From positions 1-30,508 of the IMG/VR virus record IMGVR_UViG_3300031689_000037: a stretch of 30,508 nt of DNA, one strand, 5' to 3'. This DNA comes from a virus. Taxonomy: Duplodnaviria > Caudoviricetes. Position numbers and translations under genes: made by a program. The notes under the pieces are model-generated. The model searched no databases. It was not told where the DNA came from and saw nothing but the letters and a program-made list of their open reading frames with translations. Shown here one piece after another: positions 19,178 through 27,500 of this stretch (the stretch's first letter is position 1; every line of letters starts with the position of its first letter).

Positions 19178-21508
19178 ATGAGCTATAGAAATCCAAGTTT
19201 AAAAGTAGATACAAGTTTAGGAGATGCTTTTATTAAACAGATAAAAGGTGTAAGTTCAGGCATAAATACAACTATGTCTAAATATGCCAAAATGGCATCA
19301 GAGAATAAACAAAGAAACTTTGAATTAACAAAAAAGATAAATCAATACGAATCAGAAGTTTCCTCAAATGTATCAAAAATTGCTACAGAGAATAAAGTGG
19401 ATGTTGAAAGTTTACTTAGTGGACTTGAGCCAAGAACGAAGGAGTTCAAACAGGCGGCAGCTAGATACAATATGGCAAAAGAATCATACGAAGGTATGGA
19501 GGAAGATGCAATTATAATGAGAGAGTTTGAAAATTTTACAAACTACGGATTAGGTCAGCAACTTGCTGCAAAAGAATTTATTTTCTCAACTTTTAACGAT
19601 GCAATGTTAAAAGGTGGTATGGATGGAAAAGGTGGCTCTATAAGTTCATCTGTTGACCCACAGTTGTTAGCTATGGTTAATGTAGAAAAACCAGGGAGCA
19701 ATATTAAAGCAAGAAATAGTTATGAGGTTGTTGGTAATGATGTGTTTTATGTTACATCTGGTCCAGAAATAGCACGACTAAATAAAGAGATGGGTATAGA
19801 AGGTGACTCCTATAGAGTATCTGCAAAAGAATTACAAGAGCAAACAACAGCTAAAGGAGCAAGTCCTACCAACTTTCATATTTTTAATACAATAGTAGAC
19901 TTAGCAGGTGATGGTAGTGAAAATGGAGTTGGAATTAGTTATCAACTACAACAAGATGAGGTTATAAATAAAGGTGAGTTTACCAAAGAGTACAGTAGAA
20001 ATTACGGAAAACAATTAAGAAGTGAAAAAGTAGAGGGAGGTCAAGATATTTCAATATTGGTTGATAGAACAGCGGTAGATATAGATAATGCAACAGCAGC
20101 GATAACTCCATCCGTAAACGCAACTATGAATACTTGGTTTGGATTTAAAGGACCAGAGCTTTTTGACTACATTAGAACTAATGTAAAAGAAACAAGAGAG
20201 ATTGATGGTAAAAAATACTATGTTCACAAGCCAGTAAAAGGCAGAAATGAAAAAGGAGAAGTAGAGTATGGGGAAGAGATTTTAATGTCTGAAGATGAGC
20301 TTGTTAGGGATTTTGTAAATAATCCAGATGATGGGTATAGCGAAGAGATGAAGGATAAAATAAAGAAAGTAGGAGTCGATGATGCTTTAAAAATTTATGG
20401 AGCTTTAAACAAACCCAAAGAAACAAAGAGTAATGCTCCTGAATATGTGAGAGGAAAGGCAAGAAGCCAAACAGCTAAATCTATATCTGCTGAAGTTCAA
20501 AAAAATAGCGAACTTGCAACTCAAGGAAGGTATAATGAGATGGATTTTTCTATGTTAGAAGGAATAAAAAATGGAAGTGCATTTAGAGTAAGAGATGATA
20601 ATTCTGGAATCGTTGATGTTTATGATAAAAGCGGAAATCAAATAGCACAACTTGATTTAAATGACAAAGCAGAGGTAACAGAAAGGAATTTGCTTAATAT
20701 ATTTGACGAAGGAGCTGCAGGTGTTCTTGATTCAGGAGAAGAAATACCTAAATCTGCTATTATAAAGGACCTTATAAATCCAATAAAAAATGTAGACTCT
20801 GATATATCAGAAGAAGATTTTATGGATAACTTATCAGGTGGTTACTTAAAAAGATTATCTAAGTTAGGTATAGGGTTAGAAGAAACTAATGTTGGAAATG
20901 ATGCTTTACTTTTAACGAAACCAAATGGTGATGAAGTTGAGATTGATTTAGAGAAAGGTGGATGGCAAAATGTGTACGCAAGAGAAATGGAAAGTGCCAT
21001 AAAGATGAGTCCAGAGTATAAAAAGTCTGTTAATGAAGAAAAAAACCCACCTAAAACAGAAGGTGAAAAGCCTAAAACAGAAGGTGAAAAGCCTAAATTG
21101 GGTTTGCTATCATTTTACAATAAACTAAAACAAAGTGAATCATCTAACGACACAACAGCTTCAAGAGTAAATAAAACTGGAGATAGATATGTTGGCGAAT
21201 TGCAGTTTGGCGAGGCGAGATTAAGTGACTACAAAAAAGCTACTGGAAGTTCATTTGATTTAGATGAGTTTCAAGGAAATCCAAGTCTACAAACAAAGGT
21301 TGGACTTTGGCATATTGGGGATATTGATAGATACATAGACCAATTAGGTGACTTAGCAAAGGGGTATGACAAAGATGGATTGAGAGCTATAGCTCACTTA
21401 GGCGGTAAAGGAGGAATGAAGAAGTGGTTGGAATCAAAAGGAAAAGCAAACCCATCAGACGAACTAGGAACATCTTTAACTAAATATTACAAAAAGTTCT
21501 CGAAATAA
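19178..21508 (+). CDS. Internal virion/ejection protein with C-terminal lysozyme-like (lytic transglycosylase-type) domain
   Basis: The last ~130 aa contain catalytic-type SES, YVGELQFG and AIAHLGGKGG...NPSDELGTS, preceded by a Pro/Lys/Glu repeat linker. Confidence 0.7.
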   Translation: MSYRNPSLKVDTSLGDAFIKQIKGVSSGINTTMSKYAKMASENKQRNFELTKKINQYESEVSSNVSKIATENKVDVESLLSGLEPRTKEFKQAAARYNMAKESYEGMEEDAIIMREFENFTNYGLGQQLAAKEFIFSTFNDAMLKGGMDGKGGSISSSVDPQLLAMVNVEKPGSNIKARNSYEVVGNDVFYVTSGPEIARLNKEMGIEGDSYRVSAKELQEQTTAKGASPTNFHIFNTIVDLAGDGSENGVGISYQLQQDEVINKGEFTKEYSRNYGKQLRSEKVEGGQDISILVDRTAVDIDNATAAITPSVNATMNTWFGFKGPELFDYIRTNVKETREIDGKKYYVHKPVKGRNEKGEVEYGEEILMSEDELVRDFVNNPDDGYSEEMKDKIKKVGVDDALKIYGALNKPKETKSNAPEYVRGKARSQTAKSISAEVQKNSELATQGRYNEMDFSMLEGIKNGSAFRVRDDNSGIVDVYDKSGNQIAQLDLNDKAEVTERNLLNIFDEGAAGVLDSGEEIPKSAIIKDLINPIKNVDSDISEEDFMDNLSGGYLKRLSKLGIGLEETNVGNDALLLTKPNGDEVEIDLEKGGWQNVYAREMESAIKMSPEYKKSVNEEKNPPKTEGEKPKTEGEKPKLGLLSFYNKLKQSESSNDTTASRVNKTGDRYVGELQFGEARLSDYKKATGSSFDLDEFQGNPSLQTKVGLWHIGDIDRYIDQLGDLAKGYDKDGLRAIAHLGGKGGMKKWLESKGKANPSDELGTSLTKYYKKFSK
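21050..21097 (+). repeat. 21-bp tandem repeat, 2.3 copies (PKTEGEK linker)
   Basis: CCTAAAACAGAAGGTGAAAAG at 21050-21070 and 21071-21091, plus CCTAAA. Confidence 0.95.
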
Positions 21509-21514
21509 AATATT

Positions 21515-24500
21515 ATGGAAGAAGAAAATTTATTTGAATACGAAGGAGTATCTTACTCAGAAGCTGCTCTTAGGGAGGCGTATCCTGAAACCTTTGATGA
21601 GTACGTCAATCAAGGGGTATTGACAAAAGTAGGAGGTGAAGAGCCTGTTGAAGTTGAAGATGTTAAAGAAGAGTCTTTTTATGAGTATGATGGAGAGTCT
21701 TATCCAGAGTCTTCACTTAGAGACTTATATACAGACTCTTTTGATGACTATGTAGAGCAAGGCGTACTTACAAAAGTAGACGGCCTGGGAAAGCCAATAG
21801 CTGTCGAGGATTCTGCGACAGCAAGAGATATGGATTTAGAATCGGAAGATGGTTTATCGGGGTCACAAGAAGAAGACACTCTTCTTGAAAGAACATTTGG
21901 AAAGAATGAGCTTACTGATAGTCTAGGAGATGTATGGAGGGCAGCGGTGCAAGGTATTTCACAATCAAAAGTCGTAGACCCATCAATGGATTTAATGACT
22001 TCTGGAGCGGATGCTTCGCTTGGCGAAATATATAAATACATAAGAGTAAATGAGGAGTTAAGTAAAAACCAAAAGATTCAAGATGAAATGGCATCATGGG
22101 ATAAAGATGTTGACAAGAATGGTGGAGGAGCTTATGGTATTCTGATGGCAACAATAAATAACCCTGGAATTGCAATACCAGTAATGGTAAGCTCGATGGC
22201 TACAATGGTCGGCTCTCTTCAATCAGAGCAAGCAGTCGCTTCTACTGCCGTAGGTGTAGGGCTTGGTGGTGCTGCTGGGCTTTCTGGTGCAATACTTGCC
22301 CCTGCAACGGTTCCTATAGGAATGGCTGTTGGAGGATTTGCTGCATTATCTGGTACTATGGAGGCGGCATTAACATTCAATGAACTCCTTCAAGAAGAAA
22401 TAGGTGGAGTACTTACTCCTGAAAAAGTTAAGATGGTTTTAAGCGACCCAGAAAAACTTTCTACTTTAAGACAAAAAGCAATTGCGAGAGGTGCTGTAAT
22501 TACTGCTGTAGATTTTATAACAGCAGGGGTCGCAGGTAAACTTACAGGTACTGTTCTTAAAAAGGCAGTACCATTAGGAACAAGCATTGCGTCTAGGGCA
22601 GCTATAAAAACTGCGGGTGTTGCTGGTGGTGTACTAGTAGAGGGTGCTGGTGGAGGCATTGGTGAAGCTAGTGCTAGGGCTGTAATAGGCCAAGAAATGG
22701 ACGCTAAAGATATAGCTCTTGAAGTAATTGGGGAATTTGGTGGAGCAGGAATTAGTGTAGTTCCTGCCGCTTATAATAACTTAAAGATTGTAAGTGGAAG
22801 AGTTGAAGCAAACAAAACCGCTACGGAAGGGGGATATAAAAACGCATCATCCGTATTCGACCCTAACACAGACATTGACGAAACAACTATAACACTTGCG
22901 GCTAACAAAAACACATCAAACCTTGTTGACGAACAAGTAGAAATAGAGGTCGCTAACGGTAGGATGACTCAAGAGGAGTCTAATGCTATAAAAGAGAACT
23001 TTAGAAGCACTCAAGGTGCTGTAAATACAGCCAATAAAATAGATAGACTAACCTCGGAAAATAAGCCAGAGGTGGTAAATCTTTTAATTGAAGAGGCGAA
23101 GTTAAAGAATAAAATAAAAGACGTTGATAACGTTTCGTTAACTAAAACAGAGGCGGTAAGACTTAAAGAAGTACAAGTTAGATTAGAAGAAATTAGCAAC
23201 CCTAAAGAAGAGGCAGTATCAGAGATAGAGACAGAGGAGGAGACTGGTGTTCCACCAACCCCAGAAGAGCCAGCGAGTGTAGAAACTGCACCTGCGGAAG
23301 AAGCAATACCCCAGGAAGAGTTAGAGGAAGTAAGGGGGTCACAAAAAGAAAGAAGAGGTCAAGGTAGTCTCTTAGATAATGTAAACAAAGAAGAAAAAGT
23401 TTATCTAAATGGTAAAGAGGGTAATATAAAGATTGACCCAACAAACGAAAACACCATTATATTTGAATCGAGTGATGAAATAATTGAACTTGGAAATAAA
23501 GACGAGGTAGGTTCTGAGTCTCTTGCTGGATTTGGATTAACTACAATGCCACCTGAAGGTTTGGATGTTCAAACTAAAACTGCGGATTCAGATGTTGTGT
23601 TTATAGATGGTAAAGAGTATAATGTAATAGGTAGAAGTAGAGATAAAAAAGGAAAGGCTGTAATAAAAGTAAAGGAAGTAGTTAGAACTACAGATAAAAA
23701 AACAGGAGAACCTGTAATTAAATCTGGATTACAAAGGAGAATCGTAGGAGCTAAAGCGGAAAGAGTTTTAAAAGATGTTCAACGCAGAAAAGAAAAAAAA
23801 GAAACTCCATTACCTTTAAAAACAGAAGGAAAAGAAGTTACTACTCCTACTAAAAAAGAAAGAAGAGCCGAAAGAGTTGCAGAAAAGAAAAAAGCTAGAG
23901 AGGAGCATGACAAAAAATCATTAGAGGAGTTATCTCAAATTGATGAAGAGTCTCAGAAAAGCATTCAGGAGTTTGAAGAGATGGCTCTCGAAGATGCTGC
24001 TCAAGAATCTAAAAACAAAGACTTAGTTCAAGTTGGAGAAGATATATTTCAAGTAACTAAGAATGACGATGGTTCTTTTGCTGTATCTCAAATGAACGAA
24101 AGTGGCAAACTGATTGGCACTAGAGAAGAAGGAAAGAGAAGTAAGGCTATAGGTGTATTTAAATCTAAGAAGTCAAACCAAGAAAGAAGGGCTTTAGCTA
24201 AAGCAGAAAAGCTTGTAGATGAATTTAAAAAAGAAGAAGCACAAAAAATAGACGATGCTATTAACGAAAGTCTATCTGCAAGACAACAAAAATCAGATGG
24301 GTCGAAACCTGCATTTAACGAAAGAATATCCGCACCTGAGTCAATTGTAACAAAATCATTGCAAGTTTTAAGAAACTCTTACGCTGCTGGAAACTCATTG
24401 GTTCAATCAATAGAAGACGCATTGTCATTTATAGAGGAGCAAGGGTTTTCTGCAAACGAGTTTTATTTCAAAGACTTTGTTGTTGATGTATTGAGTAGTT

Positions 24501-27500
24501 CTAAATCAAAAGAAACTACAAAGGCTACACCAAAGACTAAGGCTGCTCCAACGGAAACTACAAAAGCCACTGGGAAAGAAAGTTTAATTGGTAAGTATGG
24601 TAAGGTTAGAATTAGAAGGCAAGTAGCAAAAGCTAAAAAGGCTTTATCAAAGATTGCTAAGGGTGTCACTATTGAGGTATACGAAACTCAAGATGAGTTT
24701 GAAGCTGCTACCAATGGAGACTCTGTTTCAGGAGGTATTTATGAACCACTAACAAAAACTATAAAGATAAATCTTGAAAAAGCAAACCCAAGAACGGTTG
24801 CACACGAAGTATTCCACGCATTACTACTTAAGGATGGAATAACAAACGCTAGAGCGCAGAAAGTTACATCGGATATGATGGCTGCTGTTCGTAAGGTTGC
24901 GTCTCCAAAGTTACTTAAACAGCTTGATGCATTTGCTGACGAATACAAAAATGAAGGACTTAAATCTGAAGAGAGTATTGCTGAACTTTTTGGCATACTA
25001 GCAGAGAACTACGATTCGTCTCCGCAGTCTGTAAAGGACTTAATAAACGATTGGATAAGAAAGCTTGCTAAGGCTCTTAATGTGCCAGTAGAGGGCATCC
25101 TAGACAGCGACAAGCAGGTACTAGAGTTCTTAGGTGTTGTGTCTGGCAAGGTTGCAAGGGGAGAAGTTATTGAGGAGTCTGATATAGAATTATTAAAGTC
25201 AGTTGAAGGAGAAAGTGGAAGCGAGATAACCGTAAGCACCCGCCAGCAGATTGTAGGAGAGAACGCAGAACTATCTCAAAACGTAAGAGGTAACCTTAGT
25301 GTTGCAAGACAAATGGAAACCGACAATAAAGACGCTAAAACTATTCGTATTGCAACAGGATGGGAACGTGGTGCTGATGGGAAGTGGAGGTATGAGATAG
25401 ATGATATAGCCATCACTGGGGATGTCACGCCTTGGACTGACGAATGGAAAGGTGAGGGGTATATAACTAAATTAAATGATTTAGTAAGTGGAGGGTTGAT
25501 TGAAGCTTACCCACAATTAGAAAAGGTTACTGTTGTTAAGGGACTATCAGGGGCTAACTTTGGAACATTTGGTCAAATGTCTAAAACAAGGGAAGGTTGG
25601 GATATAAATCTTTCAGATAGAATTTTTAATGAGGATGTTGAGTTTGGAAAATCTGTATTAATACACGAAATACAACACATAATACAAGACATTGAGGGTT
25701 TTGCACAAGGTGGTAGTCTGAAATCTGCTAAAGCATTAAAACAGTTTGCCGCAATGCCCCTTGGAATGAAAGCTGTGAGTTTAATGAATAGGATTAAATC
25801 TATTCAGAAAGAGTATGGCGATAATGTTACATTATCATTTGGCTCTCACCCAGAATACAAAGAGTATAAAGGAAAGTTAGATAAATTAAACCAAGAAATA
25901 GACAAAACAGCAGATAAAATAAGAAAGGTAGATGAAAAATTTGACGGGTTATCAAATTTTGAAATATACAAAGCTCTTACAGGAGAAGTAGAAGCAAGGA
26001 ATGTCCAAACAAGAATGAATATGACTCCTGAACAAAGGAGAGAAACAACACTACAAGAAACAGAAGATGTAGCAAGAGAAGACCAGATATTTTTTGAACA
26101 AGAAACCACAACCCCCCAAACCCGTCAGCAGAAAGTTTTTAGAGCTGGAGATTTGGTTGATAAAGCTGAAACAATATATAAGTTTGATGGACCAAGAAGT
26201 ACAGGTCATTTTGGAACAGGGTTTTATTTTTTCGGTAAAAAAGAAGATGCTCAAAAGTACGCTAAAAGAACAGGTACAGATACAACATCACGAATTGTTT
26301 CTGAAGTTGATTTAGATGATTACAATTTAGCTCCTGCCTCTATAGCTCTTCATAAAGCTTTAAAAAATATAAATGACGAATACTCGTCCTTTGAATTTTT
26401 AAAACGTAATTTAAATAGCGAGGTTAGGTCTTATGAAATAGAAAAAGTAGCAAGAACTTTAGGTATTGATTTACCAAGCGATTTGTCTTCTAAGTATGCA
26501 GAGGATATAACTAAAAAACTAAGGAGTAGTAACAATAAAGAGTCTGCATCCACTATTGTGATGAAAGAATTAGGTTTTGATGGAGTAGATGCTACAGGAA
26601 CTGAATTAGATAACTCTACTTACGGAACTGTAGTTTATGATATAAAACCACAAACCCGTCAGCAGAAAGCACAAGATGACTTTACAATACAAGACGTAAT
26701 AGAAGACGCTGAACAAGAAGGTCTTACAAGAAAAGAAACCATAGAGGTCTTACAAGAACTTGGGTTTACTAAGGATGAGATAAGAGGTGCGGTGAAGCCT
26801 GTTAAGGAAAAGGCTAGGTCTGTAGCGTCTGAAACAACAGGCCTATCTACAAGAGAAGCTTTCAAGCAAGGGTTTACAGAGTTCTTTGATGCAATTCAAA
26901 GAGGTAAGAAAATAGCAAGAGTAAAAGCTGCGGAAAACTTAAAAGAAAAGGTAAACAAAGTAAGAGAATCTTTCAAGAAAAGATTACAGAAAGAGAAGGA
27001 TAACAAGGATGCAAGAGCCGCTGTTGTTAAGGATATTCGAGCCATAATAAAAGACTCAGGAATTAGTCAGTTCTCTAAAAGGACTATAAACAAGATAATG
27101 ACAAACGTCAAGAACGCCAATGTGAATAATATGCAGAGGATGGTTGACGAGGTTATGGATGTTGTTAATAGAGACATTGACAGAGAAGTTAAAGATGCAA
27201 GGTATGAGACACTTAAAGCTGCCAGAAAAAAGTTATCAAGACTTGGTGCTTTAAAGGAACTTCAAAAGCCTCTTATGGAGATGTTAAGTATAAACCCTGA
27301 CTATTTATCTAAAGCTGCTTTAAACTTTTACGATAAAGTGGTTGTAAACTTAGCAAACGTAGAGAAGAAGTTTGACAATAGAGCCTCTAGAGAAGACCTT
27401 AAAAAAGCCGCAGATGAGGTTATAAAAGCATTTACAGCTGATAGTATTGCGGCTGAAGAGTTAGCTGGAAAAACAATAAATCCAAACCTTGACTTAACAA

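Noticed and set aside
24512-24570. ETTKAT...ETTKAT imperfect repeat
   Set aside because: Low-complexity Thr/Lys/Ala/Pro linker with no further structure.
25238-26669. Direct repeats as CRISPR array, intein borders or IS target duplications
   Set aside because: Spacing is hundreds of bp and coding. There are no C/S...HN intein ends and no transposase or inverted repeats.
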